Positions 20,925-31,374 of a DNA stretch of 64,000 nucleotides are shown one piece after another (position 1 is the stretch's first letter; each line of letters begins with the position of its first letter). This DNA comes from an uncultured Chloroflexia bacterium (GTDB lineage: Bacteria; Chloroflexota; Chloroflexia; QHBQ01; JADMIH01). The position numbers and the translations under genes were made by a program. The notes under the pieces are model-generated. The model was not told where the DNA came from and searched no databases. It was given only the letters and a program-made list of their open reading frames with translations. Location of the stretch: the NCBI GenBank assembly GCA_963797095.1, contig CAWCNY010000006.1:416001-480000 (forward strand), in the 5' to 3' direction.

Positions 20925-21838
20925 TATTCTATATCTCCCGCTAATACCCGCCGCTCTCTCCCATCCCGTGCTCTAATAATGAGCGCTCCGTCCGTCTCCA
21001 CCCGCACGGCCACCCCGTCGATCCGCTCGTTCCCCTGGTCTACCAATACGGGCCGTCCTATCGTCTCCATTTTGCTGGCCCATTCCTCGTACACGCTCCC
21101 GAACTTCCCATTGTGCAAAGACAAATACAGACTTTCAAGCTCCTCCAGGATTCGCGCCAGCAATCTCACCCTGTCTATTTCCATCCCTGTTTCTGCCGAT
21201 AGCGAGGTGGCCTTCGGCGCGAAGGCTCGCAGCCTCTCAAGCTCTCCCCCCGACAGGTTCACATTTATGCCAAATCCCACTATAGCAAAGCCCCAATCAC
21301 CCCCAACGAACTCCCCTTCACTCAGTACCCCCGCCACCTTCTTTCCCTTGACCATCACATCGTTGGGCCACTTGATCGCCGACAACAGCCTGCGCGAGGT
21401 CACTCGCCCCTCTGCCTGTGTAGCATTCCCCGGCCCACCATCCACCGTCCTTCGTCCACCGTCCTTCGTCCTCCCCCTATCGTCTATCGTCCATCGTCCA
21501 TCATCCTCGCTTATCTCGCGCACCCCCCGCAAGATCGCCAGCGAAGCGGCTATAGTCAGGTAGAAGGCTTGCTGAGGCGAGATGCGTGGCCGCAACAGCA
21601 CCGAACAAAGTATGCTGCTCCCCGGCGGTGCGGCCCATGTACGCCCAAGCCTGCCCCTCCCCTGGGCCTGCTCCTCGGCCAGCACCACCAGCCCTTCCGA
21701 TTCACCCCTGCGGCCTGCTGCGCGCACAAGGTCGTTCGTTGAGCCTACCTGCCGGTGCAACTCGATCTTCCTCCCCACGAAGATCGTTCCCAATCTGGCC
21801 TGTATACCCTCGACTGTGTACTCTTGTTCCTGTTCCAT
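20924..21838 (-). CDS. birA: Biotin-protein ligase (no HTH), with in-frame heptamer-repeat insertion
   Basis: STND, QAQGRGRLGRTW, IKWPND, KVAGVL, GFGINV. Confidence 0.92.
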   Translation of the reverse strand: MEQEQEYTVEGIQARLGTIFVGRKIELHRQVGSTNDLVRAAGRRGESEGLVVLAEEQAQGRGRLGRTWAAPPGSSILCSVLLRPRISPQQAFYLTIAASLAILRGVREISEDDGRWTIDDRGRTKDGGRRTVDGGPGNATQAEGRVTSRRLLSAIKWPNDVMVKGKKVAGVLSEGEFVGGDWGFAIVGFGINVNLSGGELERLRAFAPKATSLSAETGMEIDRVRLLARILEELESLYLSLHNGKFGSVYEEWASKMETIGRPVLVDQGNERIDGVAVRVETDGALIIRARDGRERRVLAGDIE

Positions 21839-21850
21839 CCCCGGATTCCC

Positions 21851-22492
21851 CTATCCACCGAATGTTAGCACTTCCTTTCCCCTCAATCGATCTTCGATCC
21901 GCCCGGCAATAATGTCAAGGTGCTCAGGCTTCTGCACGAAATCCATCTCATCCGTGGCGATGGTCAGTACCGGACACAGATTGAACCCCGCCACCCACTC
22001 GTCGTACAGGTCGTTCAACCGCTCCAAATACTCCCCGCTGATAGCCCGCTCGAAATCACGTCCACGTATGTCTATCCGCTGCAAAAGCGTATCCACCGAA
22101 GCCTGCAAATAGACCACCAGGTTCGGCGGTGGCAAAAGCAGCGCCACCGACCTGTACAGGTCCCAATAAGATGCCCAATCGCGCTCGGTGATCAGCCCCT
22201 GCCTGTACAGGTTCCGAGCGAATATCTCCGCGTCCTCATACACCGTCCTGTCCTGCAAAACCGAGGTTGGGTGCTCCATAAGCGCCCTGTGGTCGTGCAG
22301 TCTCCGTGCCAGAAAGAACACCTGCGAGTGAAAGCTCCAAGCCTTCATATCCGCATAGAAATCGGCCAGGTATGGGTTCTCAACCACCGCCTCCAGGAAC
22401 GGTTCCCAGCCCAACCGCTCGGCCAGCAATGTCGTCAGGCTCGATTTGCCCACCCCGATGTTGCCCGCCACCGCCACGAAATATTTGCTCAT
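21851..22492 (-). CDS. Deoxynucleoside kinase
   Basis: GNIGVGKS P-loop, DRTVYED, RGRDFE. Confidence 0.92.
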   Translation of the reverse strand: MSKYFVAVAGNIGVGKSSLTTLLAERLGWEPFLEAVVENPYLADFYADMKAWSFHSQVFFLARRLHDHRALMEHPTSVLQDRTVYEDAEIFARNLYRQGLITERDWASYWDLYRSVALLLPPPNLVVYLQASVDTLLQRIDIRGRDFERAISGEYLERLNDLYDEWVAGFNLCPVLTIATDEMDFVQKPEHLDIIAGRIEDRLRGKEVLTFGG

Positions 22493-22935
22493 GCCTTCAA
22501 TTCAAATCCATAAGGAAGCAGCTCTCGTAAAGTCTTCACCAGCCTTTTGTCCCACCTCTCCGGCGAATTGATCATAATCACGCGCAACTCGCCAGCCTTC
22601 CGGTCGTCCAGCCTCGCCTCCTGTGCGTACATCTCGCTCAACAATTGCCTGCACATACCGCACGGCCTGCAAGGCGCGTCCCCCGTTCCCACCACCGCTA
22701 TAGCCATGAAATCGGCCCATGCCTGCCCGTCGCTGATCGCCTTCCCTACCGCTACCCGCTCCGCGCACATCCCCGATGGATAAGCCTGGTTCTCCACGTT
22801 ACACCCCGTGTAGATCTTCCCATCCCGCGTTAGCAGCGCTGCTCCCACCTTGTAATTAGAATAAGGCGCGTATGCGTGCTCTCGCGCCGCGATCGCTTCC
22901 GTGAGCAGTACGTCATCAGCCATCTCATCAATCAT
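22489..22935 (-). CDS. cdd: Cytidine deaminase
   Basis: AYAPYS, GCNVEN, CAER, PCGMCRQ; start probably ATG 22935 or 22923. Confidence 0.92.
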   Translation of the reverse strand: MIDEMADDVLLTEAIAAREHAYAPYSNYKVGAALLTRDGKIYTGCNVENQAYPSGMCAERVAVGKAISDGQAWADFMAIAVVGTGDAPCRPCGMCRQLLSEMYAQEARLDDRKAGELRVIMINSPERWDKRLVKTLRELLPYGFELKA

Positions 22936-24214
22936 AAACAGTATCCTCGTCGTCTTCCTGGGGTGTACTACGCACAATCGAAAGTTGCTTGAGCCTCGCG
23001 CCCTCGGTGCTCATAACGCTGATCATATAGTCCCCAATCGTGACGGTATCGCCCGGTGTGGGTATCCTGCCCAATTGCTCGTATACAAACCCCCCTATAG
23101 TATCCGAGTCTTCGGCTTCCCAGTTCGTGCCAAGCAACTCGTTCATGTCGTCCAAAGGCAATCGAGCATCGACCGTAAATTGATTCTCATTGACCCGCTC
23201 GTACATCTGCGGCTCCACGTCATACTCGTCCTGTATCTCCCCCACGATCTCCTCGATCAGATCCTCAATAGTGACCAACCCTGCTGTGCCCCCATATTCA
23301 TCCACTACCACCGCCATGTGCATCCGCCGCTTTTGCAGGTCCTTGAGCAGCTCATCCACCTTCTTCGTTTCGGGCACATAATATATAGGCCGCATCACCT
23401 TCATAACTGTCTGTTTGCCGTCGCCATTCCTCATCATCTTCATCATGTCGAGCGCAGTCACCACTCCCGCCACCGTGTCTATAGTCTCCTTGTAGATCGG
23501 CAGGCGTGTATGCCCCGTGTGCACCGCCCTATCCGCTGCTTCCTCTATAGTAGTCGTGTCTTCCACCGCAATAATGTACGGGCGCGGCACCATTACCTCC
23601 CTCACCACCGTATCCCCGAACTCGAATATCGAGTGGATCAGGTCTTCCTCTTCCTGCTGGATCACTCCCTCCTTCTCCCCGACATCCACCAGCATACGCA
23701 TCTCTTCCTGGGTCACGAATGGCCCCGCCGGTGCTGTTCTTCCTCCCAGCAGCCTCACGAAAGGTATTGCTACCCACGCTGCCACCGTTACAAGTGGCGT
23801 AACTACCCTCCGGATCCAGTTGATCGGTCCGTACAGGATCAGCGCCGTGCGCTCAGGGTTCCGCACCGCGAGCGCCTTTGGTACTGCTATCCCGAACACC
23901 AGCACCACCACCGCTGCTGCCACTACCGCCAGCAGATGCGCCCACCACTCGCTGAGCGCGTGTGAAGCGTACAGCGCCAGCGACCCTATGGCTAGCAGAC
24001 TGATTGTATTGACGAAAACCAGGGTGGACGGAAAGCGTTGGGGATTATCGAGTAAGTCCTTGATCGCCTGGGCGCGGGGTACTCCCCCCTCCATCAATTG
24101 CCTCAACCGCAAGGCCGATATGTTAGTGAGAGCGGTCTGCACCGCCGACGCCAGCGCGATCAAAAAGAGGCATAGCAATGCTATTAGCAATGCTATCCAA
24201 CTGTCAGCCTCCAA
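22928..24214 (-). CDS. Hemolysin/CNNM-CBS-CorC family transporter
   Basis: TM N-terminus, VREVMVPR, HTRLP, VVDEYGGTAGLVTIEDLIEEIVGEI. Confidence 0.92.
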   Translation of the reverse strand: MEADSWIALLIALLCLFLIALASAVQTALTNISALRLRQLMEGGVPRAQAIKDLLDNPQRFPSTLVFVNTISLLAIGSLALYASHALSEWWAHLLAVVAAAVVVLVFGIAVPKALAVRNPERTALILYGPINWIRRVVTPLVTVAAWVAIPFVRLLGGRTAPAGPFVTQEEMRMLVDVGEKEGVIQQEEEDLIHSIFEFGDTVVREVMVPRPYIIAVEDTTTIEEAADRAVHTGHTRLPIYKETIDTVAGVVTALDMMKMMRNGDGKQTVMKVMRPIYYVPETKKVDELLKDLQKRRMHMAVVVDEYGGTAGLVTIEDLIEEIVGEIQDEYDVEPQMYERVNENQFTVDARLPLDDMNELLGTNWEAEDSDTIGGFVYEQLGRIPTPGDTVTIGDYMISVMSTEGARLKQLSIVRSTPQEDDEDTVYD

Positions 24215-24311
24215 TAAGATGTGGAACTCCTACTAATAACCATGTTATGAGTTGCGGCCCATGAACCTCGTACTGACAACTACCCTGAAATCCATCGCCC
24301 GCAACTCATAA

Positions 24312-25259
24312 CTACCGGAAGAGCGCGCTTACCGAGCGGTCTTCATGTATGTGAAGGATGGCGTCCGCGACCAGGTTAGCCACGCTTATCACTTCGATCT
24401 TGCTGCCGTCGTAGTGGTCTCCGTTACGCAGTGGTATCGTGTCGCTCACAAGCACCCTGGTGAAAGGCGATCCCTCCAGCCTCTCGCGAGTGTCGGGTGC
24501 GAACGCCGCATGTGTGGCGAAAGCATATACCGCGCTCGCCCCTCTGCTGATCAACATCCGCGCTGCCTCCACCAGCGTACCTCCCGTCATGATCATATCA
24601 TCGATCAGGAGCGCCGTCTTGTTGCGCACGTTGCCCACCATCTCCACAGCATACGATTTATCCGCCTCCGGCCTCTGCTTGGCGATCAGCGCCAGGTCGG
24701 CGTGGCTCCCCAGCCGGTCCCGTACCTCCATCGCCCACCCCACCCTGCCGGAGTCGGGAGCGACCACCACCGGGTTGGGCAGGTCAAGCTCGCGGCATCT
24801 TTCTGCCAGCAATCGCCGGCCCTGCAAATGGTCCACCGGGATATTGAAGAACCCCTCGATAGCTGGAGCGTGCAGGTCACAGGTCAATATCCGTTGCGCC
24901 CCGGCGGTTTGCAACAGGTCGGCCACCAGCTTCGCCGTGATCGGCTCGCGCGGTCTGCTCTTCTTCTCCTGCTTCGCATAGCCATAATACGGGATCACGG
25001 CGGTTATCCGAGATGCAGACGCGCGTTTGATCGCGTCTATCATAATAAGCAATTCCATGAGATTGTGGTTCGCGGGATCGCATGTCGGCTGGATCACAAA
25101 CACATCCGCCCCACGCACATTCTCCTCGACAAGCACCCGCGTTTCGCCGTTTCGATACTTATCAACGAGGGCCGCGCCCAACGGTACGCCCAGATGGTTC
25201 GCTATAGACTGAGCAAGCGCAGGGTGCGCATTGCCCGAAAACACCCGCAGTTCTCTCAT
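24312..25259 (-). CDS. prs: Ribose-phosphate pyrophosphokinase
   Basis: PYYGYAKQEKK, DLHA, IDDMIMTGGT. Confidence 0.95.
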   Translation of the reverse strand: MRELRVFSGNAHPALAQSIANHLGVPLGAALVDKYRNGETRVLVEENVRGADVFVIQPTCDPANHNLMELLIMIDAIKRASASRITAVIPYYGYAKQEKKSRPREPITAKLVADLLQTAGAQRILTCDLHAPAIEGFFNIPVDHLQGRRLLAERCRELDLPNPVVVAPDSGRVGWAMEVRDRLGSHADLALIAKQRPEADKSYAVEMVGNVRNKTALLIDDMIMTGGTLVEAARMLISRGASAVYAFATHAAFAPDTRERLEGSPFTRVLVSDTIPLRNGDHYDGSKIEVISVANLVADAILHIHEDRSVSALFR

Positions 25260-25327
25260 CCCTGGCGCCTCCTTTGCCGTACAGTGAGCAACAACTGTCG
25301 AGCCTGCCCTTTCTCACTCGTTACTCG

Positions 25328-26785
25328 TCACTCGTCACTCGTCACGTCCAACTTCTTTATCACTCGTGCGGGTACGCCCACCGCAAGGCTATGGGGAGGG
25401 ATGTCTTTTGTCACCACTGCGCCTGCGCCTGTCGCGGCTCCATCGCCTATCTCCCTCGGGGCCACGATCATTGTGTCCACACTGATGAAAACATCCTTTC
25501 CTATCTTGGTCTTATTCTTTCGCTTCGTTGCCCTATCGTAGTTTGCAGTTATCGTGCCAGCGCCTATATTAGTGTTCTCTCCTATACTAGCGTCACCCAG
25601 GTAGCTCATGTGCCCAGAATGTACCCCGCGCTCCAGCCGCGACGCTTTCACCTCCACGAAGTTCCCCAGGTGCACCTCCTCCGCAAGGTACGTGCCTGGC
25701 CGCAGGTGGCTGTAAGGTCCAACCGTCACCTTCTGTTCGATTACACTTTCCTCGACCATAGATGACACTATCCGGCATTCATCGCCCACACTAGAATCTA
25801 TTATATGCGTGTTCGGCCCAAGAGTGCACCCGCGCCCAACTTCTGTCTTGCCCTCCAGGATCACCCCCGGATAAAGCACCGTATCCGGTCCCACCTGCAC
25901 ATCCATACCCAGGTACACCGTGTCAGGCATCATCATCGTTACCCCTCTCTCGAGGAGGTTCTGCCGCAGCCTTCCCTGCACCAGGTGCTCGGCCTGGGCC
26001 AGTTGGTTGCGGCTGTTGATCCCCATCGCCTCCTCAAGGCCGTCCTGGGTGAAGGTGATAACGTTGCTTTGCCCGCCGATCTGCCCTCCCCGTCCTGCTC
26101 CCCCCATACCCCCCAGCGACCTACCCTCCCGGATCGCCATCGCGATCAAATCGGTCAGGTAGTATTCGCCCACAGGGTTCATCTGGATGCGAGCAAGGTG
26201 CTGCCACAGCCACTCCGAGTCGAACACATACACGCCACTATTCACCTCCGAGATAGCGCGCTGTACAAGCGTGGCGTCCTTCTCCTCCACTACCTCGATC
26301 ACTCGCTGGTTGGCATCGCGCACCACGCGCCCATAGCCTGTGGGATCGACAGCAATGCACGTCAGCATAGTCAGCTTGGCGTGCCCTTGTCTGTGCCGTG
26401 CCACCATTGCGCTCAATGTAGCCGTGCGCAATAGTGGTGCATCCCCGTATAGGAGCAAGATCGCCCCGCGAAAATTCTTGAGCAGTGGCGCGGCCATATT
26501 CGCCGCGTGGCCCGTCCCAAGCTGCTCTTCCTGGTGCGCGTACTCAATCGCGAGGCTATCATCGGGGCCATAGCGGTCCCCGATCACAGCACGAACCTGG
26601 TCGGCTTTATGCCCGACCACCATCACCGTATGTGTTGGATTGAGTGGAGCGAGCGCGCGCAAAACATGTTCGGCCAGTGGCAATCCTGCCAGGCGGTGCA
26701 GGACCTTGGGTTCCTGCGATACCATCCGCTTGCCGAGACCTGCCGCAAGGATGATCACCGCAAGCGGCTGGCTCTGGCTTTCCAT
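25328..26785 (-). CDS. glmU: Bifunctional GlcNAc-1-P uridyltransferase/acetyltransferase
   Basis: [22 protein letters not shown], hexapeptide repeats, [12 protein letters not shown]. Confidence 0.95.
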   Translation of the reverse strand: MESQSQPLAVIILAAGLGKRMVSQEPKVLHRLAGLPLAEHVLRALAPLNPTHTVMVVGHKADQVRAVIGDRYGPDDSLAIEYAHQEEQLGTGHAANMAAPLLKNFRGAILLLYGDAPLLRTATLSAMVARHRQGHAKLTMLTCIAVDPTGYGRVVRDANQRVIEVVEEKDATLVQRAISEVNSGVYVFDSEWLWQHLARIQMNPVGEYYLTDLIAMAIREGRSLGGMGGAGRGGQIGGQSNVITFTQDGLEEAMGINSRNQLAQAEHLVQGRLRQNLLERGVTMMMPDTVYLGMDVQVGPDTVLYPGVILEGKTEVGRGCTLGPNTHIIDSSVGDECRIVSSMVEESVIEQKVTVGPYSHLRPGTYLAEEVHLGNFVEVKASRLERGVHSGHMSYLGDASIGENTNIGAGTITANYDRATKRKNKTKIGKDVFISVDTMIVAPREIGDGAATGAGAVVTKDIPPHSLAVGVPARVIKKLDVTSDE

Positions 26786-26966
26786 AGCGCGTTTGCTCCC
26801 TTCAAAGAGAGTAATGTTTGGCGAATACAGGGTGGGGGTAGCAGTATACTAGCGTATCATCAACCTCGTGTCAAGCGAATTCAAGGCGAAACATCCCACT
26901 CGAATAAGCAATACGCAATACGCAGTATCCACCAACCACTCATCACTCGTCACTCGTCACTCGCTA

Positions 26967-27467
26967 CTACGTCGCCCCTTCAACCCGTTTTCCCAACTCC
27001 ATATCCAGCATCAGCAGTGCGGCTTGGTTATCGCCCACCATCTTCAGTTGGTCGATCAACAACTGCGCGTTCTTCTCCTCTTCCACCTGCTCGTTGATGA
27101 ACCATTGGAGCATCACCTGCGCCGGATAATCCCCTTCGCTAACCGCCAACTCATACAGCTTGTTGATCAGCCCGGTCACCCGTACCTCGTGCTCAAGCGC
27201 CTTCTCCACGATCTGAAGAGGAGTGCCGTAATCCGACGGCGGTCCCTCGATGGTCTGCAACTTGACCTTCCCACCTCTATCAAGGATGAAGTCATAGATC
27301 TTCTGCGCGTGCTCGCGCTCTTCATCGCTCTGCAAAGCATACCAGTGCGCGAAACCCGTCAGCCCAATGGTCTGGCAGTAAGCCGACACCGCGTAATAAA
27401 CGTAAGCCGAGTATAGTTCGTGCTTGATCTGGTCGTTCAGCGCATCCTGCACTTTTTGGTTGAGCAT
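26967..27467 (-). CDS. Non-heme ferritin
   Basis: LNDQIKHELYS, EEREHA, ALEHE, WFINEQVEEE; GGAGG RBS before ATG 27467. Confidence 0.92.
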   Translation of the reverse strand: MLNQKVQDALNDQIKHELYSAYVYYAVSAYCQTIGLTGFAHWYALQSDEEREHAQKIYDFILDRGGKVKLQTIEGPPSDYGTPLQIVEKALEHEVRVTGLINKLYELAVSEGDYPAQVMLQWFINEQVEEEKNAQLLIDQLKMVGDNQAALLMLDMELGKRVEGAT

Positions 27468-27638
27468 AAATGCCTCCTGAAATAGTATCCCCTCACATTG
27501 TATCACAAAGCGGGTCACGCCTTGTGCTTGCCTCACTGCTCCCGCCGTCCACGGCCACTTTTGCACATCCCTTCTTCATCCTGGCATGCTGAAGTAACTT
27601 CGTCCTCCCCTGTGCTCATTTCTGCGACTGTTTGACTA

Positions 27639-27667
27639 TTGACGTTACCCCCGTCCTCTGCTAAAAT
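27639..27667 (+). promoter_or_regulatory. Sigma70-type promoter of the S8 protease gene
   Basis: TTGACG-17 bp-TAAAAT with extended TG. Confidence 0.6.
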
Positions 27668-27808
27668 CGGGCCACTACTGTGTGCGCGCACCCCTTTGGC
27701 GCGCAGTTTCACCGTCCCGACTGCAATCGATTTCTTTCTATTGTAAGGTTGGGGCGTAGCCGCATTCAATCCCAGGTGGGAGCAAGGAAAAGAGAGGAGA
27801 ATCACCCC

Positions 27809-30800
27809 ATGCAAGCAGAAGCAGATTGGCGTAGCACGTCCTCCATAGGCGCACACGCAGCGGCCAGGGCGCGGCGGGGCCGGGCCAGAAAACTGGCTGT
27901 CGGGTTCCTGCTGGGCGCATCGCTCACATGGGCGGGGCTGTCCTGGGCAAGCGCGCCCCTACCCGCCACCGGTACCACTGCCGGTACCTCCGCACCTTCG
28001 GCAGTTAACAGCGTCAGCAAGCTCTACGGGCAGCTGGACAGCAAGGTCGCCAATTCTTCGCCCGATACCCGCCTCCGCGTGATCGTCCACCTCAAAGAGC
28101 AGGCCGACCTCAGCACCTGGCCCTCCAGCGACCACGCCGGGGCAATCCGTAAATTGCAGGAAGTGGCCTCCCGTACCCAGCCTTCCGTGATCACCGCTAT
28201 GGAGTCCTCCGCGGATATCAACGTCTACGAGCGCTACTGGGTCTTCAACGGTTTCGCGGTCGAAGCGCCAGCCTCCATCCTACGAGATATAGCTCAGCGT
28301 CCCGACGTTGACTATATAGTCGAAGATGGGTATATGTACGAACCCGACGCGCCAATCATCCCCGACAACTCCACCAGCAACTGGAACATCTACCAGGTGC
28401 GTGCACCCGAAACCTGGGACCTCGGTTACGACGGCACAGGTCGCGTGCTCGCCAACCAGGACAGCGGTGTTGATGGCACTCACGAGGCCCTCGCCACTCG
28501 CTGGCGTGGTGTCACAGACGGCAGCCCCGCCAATTCCTGGCTCGACCCATTCGGTGAAAGCCCCTCCTTCCCCACCGACGATAACGGCCACGGCACGCAC
28601 ACAATGGGCACCATCGCCGGTCACCAGGGCGACTCCACAGGCATGAATGAAATCGGCCAGTCTAAAGGCGCTGAGTGGATCGCCTGCCGCATCTACGACA
28701 CCAGTGGCAAAGGCCCCTTCAGCTACATCCACGCCTGCTTCCAGTTCATGGCCGACCCTGATGGCGACCCCGATACTAACGATCAGCCCGACGCCGTCAG
28801 CAACTCCTGGGGCGACTCCAACGCCTACCAGTATCCCGATCTTGAATGGTGGCCCGACATCGAAGCCTGGCGCGCTGTCGGCATCATCCCCGTTTTCAGC
28901 AATGGCAACAACGGCTCGGGCCCTTATACCGTGGGCCACCCGGGCTCCTACCCTATCGTAGAAGGTGTAGGTGCTACAGATATCAATAGAAACCTGGCTG
29001 GCTTTTCCAGCCGGGGTCCCTCCCCCAACCTGCCTCCCTGGACCACTACCGACTACTGGGAGCGCAGCAACTGGGGCCTCATCAAACCCGATATCGTGGC
29101 TCCCGGTGTCAACGTCCGCTCCAGCTTGCCGGGCAATTCCTATGGTAACCTCAGTGGCACCTCAATGGCTGCTCCGCACGTTACCGGGCTAGTCGGCCTC
29201 CTCCGACAGGTTCGCGGCGACCTCACCATGAACGAGTTCTACAACATCATCATTGAGACCGCCTACACGCAGGCTTCCTTCGGCACCATCCCCAACAACA
29301 ACTTTGGTTGGGGTGAAATCGATGACTACGCAGCCGCCGTCTACGTGCGCGACGCGGGCGCTATTGCGGGCACCGTTACCGATGCCGCCTGTGATGTCGG
29401 TGTACCAGGCGCTGACCTGCAAGTATACGTGCCCTGCGCCGATGCTAATGCCAACGGCGAGTGCGGTATCCGCAAGATGAAATCGGACAACAACGGCGAC
29501 TATCGCACCATCCTGGCGGCAGGCACCTACACCGTCACCGTCGATGCCCCCGGCTTCTACGGCCAGGTGTTCAACACCACCGTCATGTCTTCCACCACCA
29601 ACACCATCCCCATCATGTTGATGAAGATGCCCATCGGTACCGTTCATGGCACAGTCACTGATGGCTCCGAACCAATCGAAGGTGTAGCAGTGTCCGTTGA
29701 CGGCCTGTCTAGCATCCACACCACCACCGACGCTCTCGGCCAGTACACCCTCACCAACGTCCCCGCCGGTACATTCACAATCCGCGCCGAACTTTGCAGC
29801 TACAACTCCGCCATCGCCAACGTGGTAGTCACCTACCCCGGCTCAATCACGCAAGACTTTACAATGCCGCTCGCCACAGCCGCCCTATCCGATGACTTCG
29901 AAGACGGCGACCTGGCTGGCTGGACTGTCGTGGGCGGCTCCACCAGTACCGGAATCTGGCACAACTCTGACTTGCGCCCCTTCCCTCCCAGCACGCGCTC
30001 GGCACGCGCCGGTCGACCCGACCCACCCTACTACTACACAGGCAATGCCAGCACTCAAATGTCGCAGACCACCTCGATTGACACCTCGGCGGCTGATAAA
30101 GTCTGGCTGAGCTTGGACCTCTACGACAATTCCGAGAGTGAATACGACGTGATCAGGGTACAACTCTCCACCGATGACGGTGCGACCTGGCCTGCCTATG
30201 GTGCGAACAACGGCACCATATTCGGACAGGCAAGCCCCGTCCACGGCTGGCAGACCCTCTGCTTTGACGTGACGAACTGGAAGTCAGCACAAATGAAGTT
30301 GGCCTTCAGGTTCACCACCGATACCTCCAACTGGAATAGCGAGACCTTCGAAGGTCCATCTGTGGACAACGTGATAATCAGCACGACCGGGTCGCCCGGC
30401 ACGCCCCTCCCCGCCTACACTCCCACGCCCGGCACCCCTGTATCATGTGGTATAGCCACGGCTACCCTCACCCCCACCGACACACCTGTACCACCCACCG
30501 ACACGCCTGTGCCTCCCACCGATACTCCCATTACTGAGCCTACCAATACTCCCATTACTGAGCCTACCAATACTCCCATTACTGAGCCTACCAACACACC
30601 TGTGCCACCAACCGCCACCCCCACAGCTTGCTCCATCACCTTCACTGACGTGCCCCCAGGCTCTACCTTCTACGACTACATCACCTGCATGGCATGTAGG
30701 GGCATCATCAACGGTTACACCTCAGGGTGCGAGAGCGGCAACCCATGCTTCCGCCCCAACAACAACGTGACGAGAGGACAACTGTCCAAGATAGTGTCCA

Positions 30801-31276
30801 ACTCAGCTGGCTACAATGATGACCCAGGTCCCCAGCGCTTCGAGGATGTGCCACTCGGTTCAACCTTCTACGACTTCATAGGGAGGCTGGCCAGCCGCGA
30901 CATCATCGCAGGGTACCCATGTGGAGGACCAGGAGAGCCATGTGTAGGCCCAGGGAACCTGCCGTACTTCAGACCGAATGCCAACGTGACGAGAGGACAA
31001 CTGTCCAAGATAGTGTCAGAGGCAGCGGGGTACTCGGACCCGGTAGGAGACCAGCAGTTCCAGGACGTACTGCCAGGGTCAACCTTCTACGACTGGATAT
31101 GGAGGCTGACGGACCGGGGCATCATGAACGGGTACGCATGTGGAGGAGTGGGAGAGCCATGTGTAGGCCCTGCCAACCTGCCATACTTCAGGCCAGGAGC
31201 CAATGCGACGAGAGGGCAAGCCTCCAAGATAGTGGCCAACACATTCTTCCCAGGTTGTGCTACCACCGAACGATAG
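27809..31276 (+). CDS. Secreted S8 protease (bacillopeptidase F-like) with propeptide, beta-sandwich domains, PT linker and SLH domains
   Basis: DSGVD, HGTHTMGT and GTSMAAPHV triad; TEPTNTPI repeats; FTDVP..STFY..RGIINGY..FRPNNNVTRGQ. Confidence 0.92.
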   Translation: MQAEADWRSTSSIGAHAAARARRGRARKLAVGFLLGASLTWAGLSWASAPLPATGTTAGTSAPSAVNSVSKLYGQLDSKVANSSPDTRLRVIVHLKEQADLSTWPSSDHAGAIRKLQEVASRTQPSVITAMESSADINVYERYWVFNGFAVEAPASILRDIAQRPDVDYIVEDGYMYEPDAPIIPDNSTSNWNIYQVRAPETWDLGYDGTGRVLANQDSGVDGTHEALATRWRGVTDGSPANSWLDPFGESPSFPTDDNGHGTHTMGTIAGHQGDSTGMNEIGQSKGAEWIACRIYDTSGKGPFSYIHACFQFMADPDGDPDTNDQPDAVSNSWGDSNAYQYPDLEWWPDIEAWRAVGIIPVFSNGNNGSGPYTVGHPGSYPIVEGVGATDINRNLAGFSSRGPSPNLPPWTTTDYWERSNWGLIKPDIVAPGVNVRSSLPGNSYGNLSGTSMAAPHVTGLVGLLRQVRGDLTMNEFYNIIIETAYTQASFGTIPNNNFGWGEIDDYAAAVYVRDAGAIAGTVTDAACDVGVPGADLQVYVPCADANANGECGIRKMKSDNNGDYRTILAAGTYTVTVDAPGFYGQVFNTTVMSSTTNTIPIMLMKMPIGTVHGTVTDGSEPIEGVAVSVDGLSSIHTTTDALGQYTLTNVPAGTFTIRAELCSYNSAIANVVVTYPGSITQDFTMPLATAALSDDFEDGDLAGWTVVGGSTSTGIWHNSDLRPFPPSTRSARAGRPDPPYYYTGNASTQMSQTTSIDTSAADKVWLSLDLYDNSESEYDVIRVQLSTDDGATWPAYGANNGTIFGQASPVHGWQTLCFDVTNWKSAQMKLAFRFTTDTSNWNSETFEGPSVDNVIISTTGSPGTPLPAYTPTPGTPVSCGIATATLTPTDTPVPPTDTPVPPTDTPITEPTNTPITEPTNTPITEPTNTPVPPTATPTACSITFTDVPPGSTFYDYITCMACRGIINGYTSGCESGNPCFRPNNNVTRGQLSKIVSNSAGYNDDPGPQRFEDVPLGSTFYDFIGRLASRDIIAGYPCGGPGEPCVGPGNLPYFRPNANVTRGQLSKIVSEAAGYSDPVGDQQFQDVLPGSTFYDWIWRLTDRGIMNGYACGGVGEPCVGPANLPYFRPGANATRGQASKIVANTFFPGCATTER

Positions 31277-31287
31277 TCTCCGCGACC

Positions 31288-31337
31288 TGGCAACAACAAG
31301 GACGACGGCGCACGCGCCGTCGTCCTTGTTGTTGCCA
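31288..31337. terminator. Long hairpin between convergent genes
   Basis: TGGCAACAACAAGGACGACGGCG..CGCCGTCGTCCTTGTTGTTGCCA. Confidence 0.8.
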
Positions 31338-31374
31338 ATCCCCCCACAATCGTCCTCCGATCACCAACCACCGG

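Noticed and set aside
30470-30620. 21/24-bp tandem repeats as a separate element
   Set aside because: They encode the ordinary Pro/Thr linker of the S8 protease
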